Shown here: positions 32,407 through 43,331 of the stretch, piece by piece
Position numbering within the stretch: the stretch's first letter is position 1
Layout: each line of letters opens with the position of its first letter
Assembly (NCBI GenBank): GCA_019358915.1
Contig: JAHHIM010000036.1
Location: 352,001 to 416,000 of the forward strand
Length of the DNA stretch: 64,000 bases
Direction of reading: 5' to 3'
Source of the DNA: Trichormus sp. ATA11-4-KO1
GTDB taxonomy: Bacteria > Cyanobacteriota > Cyanobacteriia > Cyanobacteriales > Nostocaceae
Position numbers and translations under genes: made by a program
Notes under the pieces: generated by a model
Database searches by the model: none
What the model was told of the DNA's origin: nothing
Seen by the model: only the letters and a program-made list of their open reading frames with translations

Positions 32407-33198
32407 TTATTCAATTTGAATAGAAGTAGGCGCACTTCCAGTTGGCGGTAAACCGATTAATGGTTTGCGAAATTGGGCATAGAGGCGATCGCGCCAAGCA
32501 AAGAATGGTTCATAATCGGGATTATCTGCTAAACCCGGCACACCTTTGCCTCTAAGACCTGCTGGTAAATCCAAATAGGGGCCTTCGGGGAACTTCAGCA
32601 ACATCGACAAACCTGCCACTGCTAAATCAGCTAAAGTAGGTTCATCTCCTGTTAAATAAGGACTATCCACTAACAATAGTGTCAGCGCTTCTAAGTCTTG
32701 TTTTAAGTCCGCGATCGCTGATTTAATCACATCTGGACTATAACCCACCCCAAAGCCCAAAATAGTCAATAAGTCTCTAGGTACTCCTTCAACCAAATTT
32801 TTTAGTATATCTGGTGTGGAGGTAGGTAATAAAGACTTACGGAAATTTTGGTCTTGACTAATGGTAGAAAAAAGAGAAGTTCTGCTTTTGACACCTATTG
32901 ATTCATCTGCCCATTCCTCGATCAATAAGCATAAACCCCGTTTCTGAGAATCTTGGGGTATCAGTGGGCGCTCAGGATATTCTAAGTCTAAATACTTAGC
33001 TATTTCCGTGGAATCCACAATATATCTATTACCGTCCTTCAAAACGGGCACTTGTCTTTGACCAGTCAGCCGGAACAAATCTACTTGGCCAATTCCAGGT
33101 GTAACCTCTATTTTTCGGTAATCCAGCCCTTTATAATCTAGAATTAACCGTACTTTTTCTGAGTAATGAGATAGTTCCCATTGGTATAATTCCAGCAT
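32407..33198 (-). CDS. Glutathione S-transferase family protein
   Basis: LYQWELSHYSEKVR, QVPVL, DSTEIAKYL and PTLADLAV motifs. Confidence 0.9.
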   Translation of the reverse strand: MLELYQWELSHYSEKVRLILDYKGLDYRKIEVTPGIGQVDLFRLTGQRQVPVLKDGNRYIVDSTEIAKYLDLEYPERPLIPQDSQKRGLCLLIEEWADESIGVKSRTSLFSTISQDQNFRKSLLPTSTPDILKNLVEGVPRDLLTILGFGVGYSPDVIKSAIADLKQDLEALTLLLVDSPYLTGDEPTLADLAVAGLSMLLKFPEGPYLDLPAGLRGKGVPGLADNPDYEPFFAWRDRLYAQFRKPLIGLPPTGSAPTSIQIE

Positions 33199-33320
33199 AA
33201 TCTATACCTTTTAGCTGATTAATCGAACAACGCTTTTATTGTATCTTTACTTTATGTAACTTTCCGGGAAAATCCAGCAATTTATCTCCAAATTAATCGA
33301 TAAAAAAGTTAAATGCTTGG

Positions 33321-33815
33321 CTAATTTTCTGTGAATTCTTGTGTAAGTTCATCTATTTTTTGATATTTCATAAATACAACAAAACCCTTAAAATACTTCT
33401 TTCGCGCTTGAGATAGTCGAAATTTATATTGCAGCGCAGATGGTAAATCCTTGAATTTAACAGGTATAAATCCTTGTTTTATATAAAAATTTACTAGGCG
33501 ATGTTCTACACATTTTAGATAAAGAGGTTGAGTAGCTTGATTAATTAAATGTTGCGTCATAAAAGTTCCTAAACCTTGCTTTCGCCAAGCTGGCAGAACA
33601 AATAAACTACCTAATTCTTGTGCAAGATAAAAGTTTCTTAATTGTCCAATGGCTATCACACGGTTATCAATTTTAATTATCCAAAAGTTCTGCCATTTTA
33701 GTTGAGTAGGATCGAGCCAAGCTCGAAATACCAAAAATATTATTAACCATTTATCCTTAGGTTTGGCTCTACAAATAACACATGATTTCGGTAGTATGAA
33801 ATTATTGTGTTTCAT
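33321..33815 (-). CDS. GNAT family N-acetyltransferase
   Basis: ELGSLFVLPAWRKQGLG motif A; FY...GF. Confidence 0.85.
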   Translation of the reverse strand: MKHNNFILPKSCVICRAKPKDKWLIIFLVFRAWLDPTQLKWQNFWIIKIDNRVIAIGQLRNFYLAQELGSLFVLPAWRKQGLGTFMTQHLINQATQPLYLKCVEHRLVNFYIKQGFIPVKFKDLPSALQYKFRLSQARKKYFKGFVVFMKYQKIDELTQEFTEN

Positions 33816-33854
33816 TTATTTAATGTTCTTTGGTTAATTTACTTTTGTATAAGT

Positions 33855-34009
33855 AACGTGAATTCGATAGACCTCACCCCAACCCCTCTCCGACGCCCAG
33901 AGGGGCTTAAATATCCTTAATTACCAACGAAAAATCAAGGTTTCAAAGCCTCTCTCCTTGCAGGGGAGAGGTTTGGAGAGGGGTTTTTGATATTTGTCGA
34001 ACTCATGTT
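33855..34009. mobile_element. 155-bp MITE-like element
   Basis: Ends AACGTGAATTCGA / TCGAACTCATGTT form an imperfect TIR; internal CCCCTCTCC...GGAGAGGGG inverted repeat; homologous copies near 3338-3595 and 51700-51879. Confidence 0.75.
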
Positions 34010-34182
34010 AAATTAATAGAAATTGTCAATTTTAGCAACTTTAAGTATTGATAGATAATTTTTATAAAAAATTCCCTAACCAGACTTACTGGTAGGGAAA
34101 AATGATTAAAAATATTCATTGTATCCTCAACAACTTGATTCTGTCTAAATGAAAAAAGCTATACCTTAGCTAGCGCTTTTTG

Positions 34183-37053
34183 CTATAAAGTTTGAAACGA
34201 TCGCATAAATCTCTGGAGTTGCCGACTTTCCATCTCCAAAACACGCCGAGCAAAATCGTGATCGAGATCCAGAAAATCATCAAAGGCATCAACAGAAACT
34301 GCTAAAATGCGCGTGATTTTATTGTCAGCAATAATGGTGTTTTTTGAGTCACTATGCGCCAAGACTTCTAACTCATCTAGGGTTTGCCCTGGGTGAAGTT
34401 TCTCTACTCGCACCTCCTCGTTGTGTAAATAGAAGTGAATTTTGGCATCTCCTTCAATTAATAACAGCAATTCTCGGCAAGTATCGCCTGCTTCTGTAAT
34501 CACCTCGTTGGTGGAGTAGGTTCTGACTTCGGAGCGCTCGGCGAGAGCAATTAAGGTTTCGCTGTGCATTCGGTGAAAGAAATCACTATTGAATAGATGC
34601 ACTACTTTCTCCAACATGGGAAATGTTGTTAGAGGTAGATCCGGCTCAGATAGGGATAGAAGAATTTTGGCAGTTTCTTGAAATAAAGGTGAGTTGTGGA
34701 CATTAGAAAAATCACGGGCGATCGCTTTACTTTGCTCAAGGTCAAGTTGGGCAATGATGTAAAGGCAGGCTGTGGGAATCAGGGGATTTTGATCGTGTAG
34801 CAGAGGTGCCAAAGACCTCAAGATTGCTTCAGGAGAATCATCTAGTGAGCAAGTACTGGATTGTCCTGGTAGTGGAGTTAAATTCTGCAAGACATCTGGA
34901 TGAAGCCGAACGCGCCAGTTCTCAAGTTCTAACAGCTCTGCCAAAACTGCTGGTGCTAACTGTCCTAACGATTCGGCAAGAGCGATCGCCCCTGAGTCAG
35001 TTTGCAGTGTTTCCAGCGTTTCGAGAATGGTTCGCACAATCAATTGCTTCTTGTGATGAATACTGTCTCGCAATAGCATCAAAACTGCTCTGTACTTGTG
35101 TAGCATCGGTTGATGAAGTGCGCGATAGCAGGAAATTAAAGTGGGCAATTGGGCAAGCAGAAATTCAGCTCTCCGAAGGTTCCCAGCTTCAGGAGAAATG
35201 CCGCTCAAAATCCAGGCTTCTTCCTTAGCGGTGATTGAATATTGGCGACGCAAGGCACGAATTTCGGCTGCGTTTTCTCCCATCAACGTATTCAAAGCAC
35301 TGCTGCTGAAACTGCCAATTTGTTTTTTCTGCAATAACATCAGTCGCTCCAGCGATTTGCGGTAGCCACTCAAGCGAATTTGATTCTCTAAACTTCGTTG
35401 ACGAGAGGGATTGAGTAGTTCTGGATCTTCAATGCCCAGTTCTTCCAACACCTCCCGGTGTTCATCATCAGTAATGCTTAATTCCTGCCGCAATTGCTGC
35501 AAAACTTCTAAGCTACTGGAGTAGTTGATGTATCCTTCTTCCAATGCTTCTCGAACAACGCCCTTATACGCTTCATGCCGCTTCTCTCTGGTAAAACCTG
35601 GCAGAACTCGTGCCAAAATGTAGACTTCATGTGTGTTCAAATCACTCAAGGAACGTCCTTCTAAGAACTGGGAAATATTCAGCTGCAATTTCTCTAACTG
35701 CTTGCGGAAACGACTAGCTAAATTTTCTCTCGAATACAGTTCAGGGTTGCGCTGCCAGGTTTTATAGAGCCAAAGCGTACTCAGCAACACAAGACCCAAA
35801 TCATAAATGTATTGACCCCAAAGCGGCAGCAGTTGAACTAAAGGACGACCACCAAAAATAAAGAAGAAATTAAAAATTCCAAAGGTACAAAGCGTAAAAA
35901 TTCGATGTCGAATGATTTCTGAACTCAATTTCAGATCGTGATTCCGGCTATAAGCTTTTGCCCGTTGTTCCATCCAACGACCTAACTGATAGCCGACCAC
36001 GGTAGTAGCACCTAATGTGAGAGGAACAGCAATCAGCTTAGGAATATTAATCGCTTGGCCAAATAGATAGAATCCGGGACTCAATAATGATGCTAGTTGG
36101 TCGGTTTGCCGTACCCATGCACCAGAAAAGTAATAGTTCCAATTGCCTGCATACAGATAGTAGTAGACAAAATAGCCAATGACTAACCCTACATAGCCGT
36201 ATCGCAGCCATGATTCTTCCGGTTTATTCAAACCATCCCAGTAGGCTCGCTCAGAGTCGATATCAATACAGGGATTTTGACAGGCCACACAGGCGCTCTG
36301 CTCTTTGCCATCCGGTAAAACTGTACGGCACATGGATTGAGTAATCATCTGTTCGCTGGTATGAGCTTTACTGCCGAATAACCCTCCTGGCTCGCTATAA
36401 ATGCGTTGCACTGGAGCCATGGGGCAGAAGTAATTACACCAGGATTTACCACTGTAAAGATAGCCAACGGTAATAGCAGATGCGATCGTCAATAGTAGCC
36501 ACAATGCCAGAACTAGGCGATCGGCATTAAAAAACAAAATCCGTCCGCATAATCCGACAAAGAACCAGCCAAACTGGACGTAGGGATAATTTTTCCCCAA
36601 CCAGGAATCTGACTTTACTTTTGCTAGTTCATAGCGGACTTTACCTGTCTTGGCATTTTCCCGTTTGAATTGCCGTTGCCAACCCAATGCTCGAGGAATT
36701 TGAGACAAAAAGGATAAGGGGCAAATGCGTCGCCATAATTCATGTCCAAACACCAATAAAATGAAAATCGCCGCAGGCACGATCGCTCCCCAAAACAAAG
36801 TAGTACCCAAAGGATAGGGCTGTTCAACTAAGCATTGTCCTTGTACTGCAATACACTCATCTGGCAACCGTAAAGGACTCCAAGGATGATTGGGCGTTGT
36901 TAGTGCCACAGTCCAAGGATCGGAGAATAACGATGCAATGATTAACAGCCATGCGATCGTCAGTATCCAACGAATCCAGTGCATTCGCCGCTCAGAGAGT
37001 TGTGCAAACGCAAAAATAGATAAACTTTTGTTGAAGAAAGATTCCTTGTTCAT
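34183..37053 (-). CDS. Membrane 4Fe-4S-binding (NapH/CcoG-like) protein with C-terminal cNMP-binding-like domain
   Basis: WRRICP, WCNYFCP and CVACQNPCIDID motifs, many TM helices, HEAT-like helical region, VITEAGD...LLLIEG cNMP fold. Confidence 0.82.
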   Translation of the reverse strand: MNKESFFNKSLSIFAFAQLSERRMHWIRWILTIAWLLIIASLFSDPWTVALTTPNHPWSPLRLPDECIAVQGQCLVEQPYPLGTTLFWGAIVPAAIFILLVFGHELWRRICPLSFLSQIPRALGWQRQFKRENAKTGKVRYELAKVKSDSWLGKNYPYVQFGWFFVGLCGRILFFNADRLVLALWLLLTIASAITVGYLYSGKSWCNYFCPMAPVQRIYSEPGGLFGSKAHTSEQMITQSMCRTVLPDGKEQSACVACQNPCIDIDSERAYWDGLNKPEESWLRYGYVGLVIGYFVYYYLYAGNWNYYFSGAWVRQTDQLASLLSPGFYLFGQAINIPKLIAVPLTLGATTVVGYQLGRWMEQRAKAYSRNHDLKLSSEIIRHRIFTLCTFGIFNFFFIFGGRPLVQLLPLWGQYIYDLGLVLLSTLWLYKTWQRNPELYSRENLASRFRKQLEKLQLNISQFLEGRSLSDLNTHEVYILARVLPGFTREKRHEAYKGVVREALEEGYINYSSSLEVLQQLRQELSITDDEHREVLEELGIEDPELLNPSRQRSLENQIRLSGYRKSLERLMLLQKKQIGSFSSSALNTLMGENAAEIRALRRQYSITAKEEAWILSGISPEAGNLRRAEFLLAQLPTLISCYRALHQPMLHKYRAVLMLLRDSIHHKKQLIVRTILETLETLQTDSGAIALAESLGQLAPAVLAELLELENWRVRLHPDVLQNLTPLPGQSSTCSLDDSPEAILRSLAPLLHDQNPLIPTACLYIIAQLDLEQSKAIARDFSNVHNSPLFQETAKILLSLSEPDLPLTTFPMLEKVVHLFNSDFFHRMHSETLIALAERSEVRTYSTNEVITEAGDTCRELLLLIEGDAKIHFYLHNEEVRVEKLHPGQTLDELEVLAHSDSKNTIIADNKITRILAVSVDAFDDFLDLDHDFARRVLEMESRQLQRFMRSFQTL

Positions 37054-37214
37054 ATGACAGTTCTGGGTGCGGAATGTGGGATTTAACGAAATCGCATTGC
37101 TTCCGTGTCGAAATCCCGTTTGCGGAGCGCCAGCCCCGCACATCAGGGAGCAACCAGGAAAGCCAAGAAGTGATTCTTGGATATCTGATACTGAATCATT
37201 CAGAGTGAGAGGTA

Positions 37215-38081
37215 TCAGCCCACATCATCATGGGCAAACCTGTTAAAGAGAAAATCTAGGGCATAATTACGTAGTTTATAGTATTGTGGATCTTCCATGA
37301 TCAGGGCGCGATCGCGTGGGCGAGAAAAGGGAATTTCCAATACTTCACCGATTTTGGCGTGGGGGCCGTTAGTCATCATTACCAATTTGTCAGCTAAAAA
37401 TAGCGCCTCATCAATATCGTGAGTAATCATTAATACTGTGCAGCGATTTTCATTCCAAATCTTCAACAGTTCTTCTTGTAATTCCTCTTTGGTAATGGCA
37501 TCCAATGCACCGAAAGGTTCATCTAAAATCAGGACTTTGGGACGAATTGCCAAAGCACGGGCAATGGAAACCCGTTGTCTCATACCGCCGGACATTTGCA
37601 GAGGTTTTTTTTCCATAGCGTCAGCTAGTCCCACCATTGCCAAATGTTCCCGCACAATCGCCCTTTTCTCTGGTTCTGGCTTGTGGGGATAAACGGCGTT
37701 CACAGCTAAGTAGATATTTTCAAATGCAGTTCGCCAAGGAAGCAGGGCATAGTTTTGAAACACCACCATTCTATCTGGCCCTGGTTTGGTGATTGGTTGA
37801 CCTTCCAGTAATACTTGCCCGGAGGTAGGAAAGTTAAAACCCGACACCATATTTAGCAGTGTCGATTTACCACAGCCAGAGTGACCGATGACGCAGATAA
37901 ATTCACCCTTTTCTACATTTAAGTTAACGCCATCAAGGACGGTGAAGGGGCCTTTCTTGGTGGGATAGACTTTGGTAACGTCTTTAATTTCGAGGAAAGG
38001 TCTGCTATTGGTTGCAATTGCTGATAGTTGTTCTTGTCTGTTTTTGGTGGTTTCGGTAACACTAAATCTGCGGTTTTGCAT
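37215..38081 (-). CDS. cmpD: Bicarbonate ABC transporter ATPase CmpD
   Basis: GHSGCGKS, MSGGMRQR and LDEPFGALD motifs; last gene of a cmpABCD-type operon. Confidence 0.85.
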   Translation of the reverse strand: MQNRRFSVTETTKNRQEQLSAIATNSRPFLEIKDVTKVYPTKKGPFTVLDGVNLNVEKGEFICVIGHSGCGKSTLLNMVSGFNFPTSGQVLLEGQPITKPGPDRMVVFQNYALLPWRTAFENIYLAVNAVYPHKPEPEKRAIVREHLAMVGLADAMEKKPLQMSGGMRQRVSIARALAIRPKVLILDEPFGALDAITKEELQEELLKIWNENRCTVLMITHDIDEALFLADKLVMMTNGPHAKIGEVLEIPFSRPRDRALIMEDPQYYKLRNYALDFLFNRFAHDDVG

Positions 38082-38110
38082 GGTTGGGGAGTGGGGGAAA
38101 AATTATTTTT

Positions 38111-38216
38111 GGTGTTGCATATTTGTAGGGTGATTTTGTTGGTTTTGGGGGATGGGCATCTTGCCTGTTCCTTTGATTTCTGGATGCCTACCCCACAAAA
38201 ATCATCCCTATTCACA
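38111..38216. mobile_element. Degenerate MITE inside the cmp operon (cmpC-cmpD spacer)
   Basis: GGTGTTGCATATTTGTAGGGTGATTTTGTTGGTTTTGGGGGATGGGCATCTTGCC...TGCCTACCCCACAAAAATCATCCCT aligns with the reverse complement of 59164-59317. Confidence 0.7.
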
Positions 38217-38224
38217 CATGATAT

Positions 38225-40228
38225 TTACGCAACTCTTCTTGTCGGCGAGTCGAGGATAACTTCCGCAATGGAGAAATCACGCTTAATTTGCAAGCTGTTG
38301 AGATAGGCTATGGGGTCATCGGCGTTAAAGGGAGTCCCATCAAAAAGCTGAATGGGTTGGCGAGTATAGTTGATATCTAGTCCTAATTCTCTGGCGGCGG
38401 TACTGAAGACGCGCACACGGCAAACCCGTTCTACAACTTCTACCCAGTTTCTGGGGAAAGGTGTGTCACCCCAACGCGCTAACTGACTCATAATCCAGAT
38501 TTGTTCGGTACGACTGGGGCGGTTGATGGCTGACTGGGCAAAAAACTGGTGGTGGGCGTAGTCTTGCAATGGATGGTCTAAGTCACAGGTAAGGTTATTG
38601 GGGTCTTCCAGTTGGATGTAATCTAAATCAGTGCTGACGTAATCTCTACCTGCCACAATTGTTCTGACTTCTTCGGCATTTTCTGGTCTAGAACAGTATT
38701 CACAGGCTTCCAGCAAAGCTTTAGTCAAGGCAATATGGGTGTTAGGATACCTTTCTGCCCATTCTTCCCGCACACCGAGGACTTTACCCGGATGTCCCAA
38801 CCACACTTCCAAGTCGGTAGCAATAGTAAAGCCTACACCTTCCACGGCGGCGCGGTAGTTCCAAGGTTCACCCACGCAATAACCATCAATACTTTTGTTT
38901 TGCAAGTCGGCTACCATCTGGGCGGGGGGAATGGTCTTCATGTCCACATCTAAATCGGGGTCAATACCACCAGCCGCTAACCAGTAACGCAGTAGTAAGT
39001 TGTGCATAGATGCGGGATGGACTACCCCCATTGTGTGGCGTTGGTCGCGGGTACGCAGCAGGTAATTTTTGAAGTCCGATAAGGTGCGGACACCTTGATC
39101 ATAAAAGCGTTTTGCCAAGGTGATGGCATTACCGTTGCGGGTCATGGTAAGGGCGGTGGCAACAGGGAGAGGTCGGTTATCATGTCCTCCCAGTGTTAAC
39201 CACATGGGCATTCCTGAAGGCATTTGAGCTGCATCGAGATAACCGCCACTTATGCCATCGACGATACCCCGCCAGCTAGTTTCCCGCACGAGGTTGACTT
39301 CATCTAAACCATACTTGATGAAGAAACCTTTTTCTTTGGCAATGGCTAAGGGGGCGCAAGCAGTCAAGGGTAAGAAGCCAATTTCTAAGTTAACTTTTTC
39401 TAACCCATGACGAGAGACATCTGCGGTTTTGCGGGCGCGAATTTTCTTTACTCGTTTTTGCTGGTTGAGGAAGTAAATCATCTCACTCCGCAAACTGTAG
39501 TAGCTGGGATGTTCTACTACTTCCATGCGTTTGCGGGGTCTGGGAATATCTACTTCGAGGATGTCACCAATTTTGGATTCGGGGCCGTTGGTGAGCATGA
39601 CAATTTTGTCAGACAACAACACTGCTTCATCTACGTCGTGAGTCACCATGACTGCCGTGACTTCATTTTCTTCGCAGATTTGCATTAACTGTTCTTGCAA
39701 GTTACCCCTAGTGAGGGCATCCAACGCGCCAAAGGGTTCATCTAATAGTAGTAGTTTAGGACGAATGGCTAAGGCACGGGCGATCGCAACTCGTTGTTTT
39801 TGTCCACCTGATAACATACCCGGCTGTTTATCTGCATGGGGACGCAAACCCACCATATCTAGATGTTTTTCTACAATCGTTTTGCGTTCAGCTTCTGGTA
39901 TTCCCTTCATAACTGAGTTTACAGCCAAGGAAATATTTTCTCTCACCGTCCGCCAAGGCAACAAAGAATAATTTTGGAAGACCACCATCCGGTCTGGTCC
40001 TGGTTTAGTTATTCTCTGTCCTTCCAGTGTCACTATACCTTCAGTTGGTAAATCCAACCCAGCAATCATATTTAATAAAGTGGATTTACCACAACCGGAG
40101 TGACCAATCAAAGAAACAAATTCACCTTTTTTAATCTGGAGGTTAATTCCTTTGATGGCAATATATTTACCACCGCCGGTTAACTCAAAAACTTTTTCAA
40201 TTTGGTCAACAGCAACGAATACTGACAT
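38225..40228 (-). CDS. cmpC: Bicarbonate ABC transporter ATPase / solute-binding fusion CmpC
   Basis: True start MSVFVAVDQIEK at 40228; ABC domain followed by the HGLEKVNLEIGF...ETSWRGIVDG NrtA-like domain typical of CmpC. Confidence 0.88.
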   Translation of the reverse strand: MSVFVAVDQIEKVFELTGGGKYIAIKGINLQIKKGEFVSLIGHSGCGKSTLLNMIAGLDLPTEGIVTLEGQRITKPGPDRMVVFQNYSLLPWRTVRENISLAVNSVMKGIPEAERKTIVEKHLDMVGLRPHADKQPGMLSGGQKQRVAIARALAIRPKLLLLDEPFGALDALTRGNLQEQLMQICEENEVTAVMVTHDVDEAVLLSDKIVMLTNGPESKIGDILEVDIPRPRKRMEVVEHPSYYSLRSEMIYFLNQQKRVKKIRARKTADVSRHGLEKVNLEIGFLPLTACAPLAIAKEKGFFIKYGLDEVNLVRETSWRGIVDGISGGYLDAAQMPSGMPMWLTLGGHDNRPLPVATALTMTRNGNAITLAKRFYDQGVRTLSDFKNYLLRTRDQRHTMGVVHPASMHNLLLRYWLAAGGIDPDLDVDMKTIPPAQMVADLQNKSIDGYCVGEPWNYRAAVEGVGFTIATDLEVWLGHPGKVLGVREEWAERYPNTHIALTKALLEACEYCSRPENAEEVRTIVAGRDYVSTDLDYIQLEDPNNLTCDLDHPLQDYAHHQFFAQSAINRPSRTEQIWIMSQLARWGDTPFPRNWVEVVERVCRVRVFSTAARELGLDINYTRQPIQLFDGTPFNADDPIAYLNSLQIKRDFSIAEVILDSPTRRVA

Positions 40229-40283
40229 AGGGGATTGGGGATTAGGGATTGCTCTGTAACCTATAACCTGTAACCTGTAACCT
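40229..40283. repeat. Heptamer tandem repeats (STRR1-like GGGGATT and TGTAACC)
   Basis: GGGGATTGGGGATTAGGGATT followed by (CTGTAAC/CTATAAC) x4 in the cmpB-cmpC spacer. Confidence 0.7.
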
Positions 40284-41121
40284 ACTTTTGTTCTGCTGGT
40301 AAAATTAGGTTTTGAATCCAAGCCATGAGTTTGTCTAGTAACAAACCCACTGCACCGATGTAGACTAGTGCCAAGATAATTTCGCTGATGTAGTTGTTCT
40401 GGTAGGCATCCCAGATGAAGAAACCGATACCTACGATACCTGACATGACGATTTCGGCAGCGATAATTGCCAACCAAGCTAAACCAATCGCAATTCTTAA
40501 ACCTGTAAAAATGTAAGGTAAAGCAGCAGGAATCAGAATGTTCAAGAAATAATCTTTTCGGGAAAGTTGCAGCACTTTGGCAACGTTGTTATAGTCTTGA
40601 GGAATTTCTTTGACACCTACAGCCGTGTTAATGAGAATTGGCCAAATTGCGGTGATAAATATGACAAACAGCGCGGCGGGTTCATTTTGGCGTAAGGCTG
40701 CTAAGGAAATAGGCACCCAAGCTAACGGCGGGACAGTTCGCAATAACTGAAACAGAGGATCTAAAGCTTTAGACATGGTTTTATTAACACCAATGACAAT
40801 GCCTAAAGCAATACCAAATACGGCAGCCAAAGAGTAACCAATAGCTACTCGTTGCAGACTAGCCCAAATCTGCCAAAATAATCCTTTATCAATGCCGCCT
40901 TTGTCATAAAAGGGATATAAAATCAAAATCCAAGTATCTTGTACAACCTTAATTGGCCCTGGTAATGTCGCGCCAGGAGTCCATGAAAATAGTTGCCAGA
41001 TAACTAGAAAAATTGCGATCGCGATAAATGGTGGGACAAGCTCAGGAAATTGTTTTTGCAATCGAGATATGAAACTGTTATCTAATTTAGAGGTGCCTGG
41101 TCTTCGTTGAGCGAGTGTCAT
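40282..41121 (-). CDS. cmpB: Bicarbonate ABC transporter permease CmpB
   Basis: DKGLFWQ and AEIVMSGIVGIGFFIWDAYQ motifs are Cmp-type rather than Nrt-type. Confidence 0.87.
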   Translation of the reverse strand: MTLAQRRPGTSKLDNSFISRLQKQFPELVPPFIAIAIFLVIWQLFSWTPGATLPGPIKVVQDTWILILYPFYDKGGIDKGLFWQIWASLQRVAIGYSLAAVFGIALGIVIGVNKTMSKALDPLFQLLRTVPPLAWVPISLAALRQNEPAALFVIFITAIWPILINTAVGVKEIPQDYNNVAKVLQLSRKDYFLNILIPAALPYIFTGLRIAIGLAWLAIIAAEIVMSGIVGIGFFIWDAYQNNYISEIILALVYIGAVGLLLDKLMAWIQNLILPAEQK

Positions 41122-41142
41122 GAATTTTGTTCTCCGATTCTC

Positions 41143-42543
41143 TTATGCGATATATTGTGTCTCGATTGACTGACTAACTTTTTTAATTTGCAGACTCTTG
41201 AGATATGCTTCTGGGTTTTCTGGGTCAAATTTTGCCCCATCAAAAAATTCTTCTACACCACGGGATGTGTTTGTGGGAATATCAGCCGCCGCAATTCCTG
41301 CTTCTTTTGCAGCTTCTTTCCAAATGTCCTCACGGTTAACTTTATCGATTAATGCTCTAGCCTTGGCGGCGTTATTATCAATGTAATCTTTGGGCAAAAA
41401 TCCCCAACGCACACTTTCGGTAATAAACCATAAATCATGGCTCTTGTAAGGATAAGAAACGCTGCCTTTTTCATCTTTCCAATACAAAGCTGCCATTGAT
41501 TTATCATCAATTTGACGACCTTCACCCATATCGTATTTACCCATAAATGGGTCAATTAAAACATCAACTGGCACGTTAAAGTAAGCCCGTTCTGCCAAAA
41601 TGTTCGCCATTTCTTGGCGGTTATCAAAGTTATCGCACCATTGTTGAGCTTCCATGATGCCTTTTAATAGTGCTTTTGTCGCTTTGGGATGTTGATCAAC
41701 CCAGTCAGCCCTCATAGCGAGATATTCTTCGGGGTGATTCTTCCAAATTTCTGCTGTTAATGCAGCCATGAAGCCAACTTTGTCTTTGACGATGCGGAAA
41801 GGCCAGGGATCGCCAGTGCTGAAGGCATCCATTGTCCCTGTCTTCATATTGGCGACGGTTTGCGCTGATGGGACTGTGAGCAATTTCACGTCTGCATCGG
41901 GGTCAATACCACCGGCTGCTAACCAGTAGCGAATCCAGAAATCTTGGTTAACGGCGGGGAAGGTTTGGGCGGCTGTAAAAGGCGTGGGTGAGGCTTTGAG
42001 TTTGGAGAATAAAGACTTAGCACTAGCTAGGTTTAAGCCTATACCGCTACCTTGGTGTTTGTTGGCGATCGCAATTCCATTCCCATGTGTAATTAATTGA
42101 CATAATACATACATGGGAATCTTCTGATTGCCTTTAGTAATTAAACCTTCAGTAATTAAATGTGGCATGGGCATTTGCCATTGACCACCATCAATTCCAC
42201 CACCAGCCGAACCAATTTCTACGTTATCTCTAGCAGCACCCCAAGAAGCTTGTTTAGAAAGCTCTACATCGGTCAGTCCATACTTAGCAAAAAAGCCTTT
42301 TTCTTTGGCAATAATTAAAGGTGCAGCTTCCACAATGGGAATATATCCCAACTTAACTGTGGTGACTTCTGGTGCTTGTTCTGCGCTGATATTAGCCGCA
42401 GGTTGAGCAGTTGGCAAAGATTGCGTACCTCCTGTATTTTCCGGTGGATTTCCTAAACAACCTTTGAGGAACACAGCACTTGCCGATACTCCTGCTGTTG
42501 TTATAAATTTACGGCGAGAAATTTGATTAAAAAACTCTGTCAT
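41143..42543 (-). CDS. cmpA: Bicarbonate-binding lipoprotein CmpA
   Basis: Tat signal [14 protein letters not shown] lipobox, [21 protein letters not shown] and STGDPWP motifs. Confidence 0.88.
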   Translation of the reverse strand: MTEFFNQISRRKFITTAGVSASAVFLKGCLGNPPENTGGTQSLPTAQPAANISAEQAPEVTTVKLGYIPIVEAAPLIIAKEKGFFAKYGLTDVELSKQASWGAARDNVEIGSAGGGIDGGQWQMPMPHLITEGLITKGNQKIPMYVLCQLITHGNGIAIANKHQGSGIGLNLASAKSLFSKLKASPTPFTAAQTFPAVNQDFWIRYWLAAGGIDPDADVKLLTVPSAQTVANMKTGTMDAFSTGDPWPFRIVKDKVGFMAALTAEIWKNHPEEYLAMRADWVDQHPKATKALLKGIMEAQQWCDNFDNRQEMANILAERAYFNVPVDVLIDPFMGKYDMGEGRQIDDKSMAALYWKDEKGSVSYPYKSHDLWFITESVRWGFLPKDYIDNNAAKARALIDKVNREDIWKEAAKEAGIAAADIPTNTSRGVEEFFDGAKFDPENPEAYLKSLQIKKVSQSIETQYIA

Positions 42544-42838
42544 AATAGCCTCTTGAGTCGAATTTAAATTTTTTTGAACAAGATAATAAATGCCAGTAAA
42601 ACAGATGTTTCTTGCACAACATACAAACTTTCTTCACTAGACTTAGTAAGTCAATTCCAACTATTTCATGACAGAAATAGCTGGAATGACTACTGAGTAA
42701 ATAAAAACAGTTAAATTTCTTGGCTTTTCTCGAAGTTTCCTTGAGTTCATTCGCTGTATTAAAATTTAGTTTACAAGCTTTTTTGTCAAAGTGGTGAACT
42801 TTGAACAAGCAATTATAAACAAATATTAGATTGGTTAT

Positions 42839-42854
42839 ATAAGTAAAAATTTAT
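42839..42854. promoter_or_regulatory. Possible LysR (CmpR/CcmR-type) binding site upstream of cmpA
   Basis: ATAA-N8-TTAT dyad about 300 bp upstream of cmpA; the AT-rich background makes a chance match possible. Confidence 0.35.
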
Positions 42855-43331
42855 CTTTAAAACTAAAAGCAGGTATGTTGATTTGATATATCAATTCTGG
42901 TTAATGATAAGCATTTGTTTAGAAAATACTTCACCTAATTTATCCATATATAGGATTTTATCTGACTTTTGAAATACACATAGGCGAGCCACTTTCGTGG
43001 GGGGGTGGTACCAATTGCCGAAAATAATGTGACAGTCGCTATGTGTGTCGCCAACATTTTTTGAATTTTCAAGGTGAGTTCGATTTTGACACAAGAATTC
43101 GCTATTCTCTGTATTCTCTACGCCTCTGTAGTTAAATTAGTTACTTTTCAACCGCAGAGATACAGAAAATGATCTCTTCTCCTATTCCCTGTCACTTGTA
43201 AACTATTTCCTACTTTCAAGCTAGTACATTATTTTTTTGACCAAAAATATTGGTGCCTCTGTTAGATATTATGCGTAGCGAAGTGTTATAAATCTTTATG
43301 TAACTGTTTAAAAGCAAGACAAACAAAATTT

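Noticed and set aside
40229..40477. 83-aa N-terminal extension of cmpC in the ORF track
   Set aside because: It overlaps cmpB and heptamer repeats; homolog-like sequence starts at ATG 40228.
37215..42543. Calling the ABC operon nrtABCD (nitrate transporter)
   Set aside because: No nirA or narB flanks, and the GCLGNPP and AEIVMSGIVG motifs match the Cmp bicarbonate paralogs.
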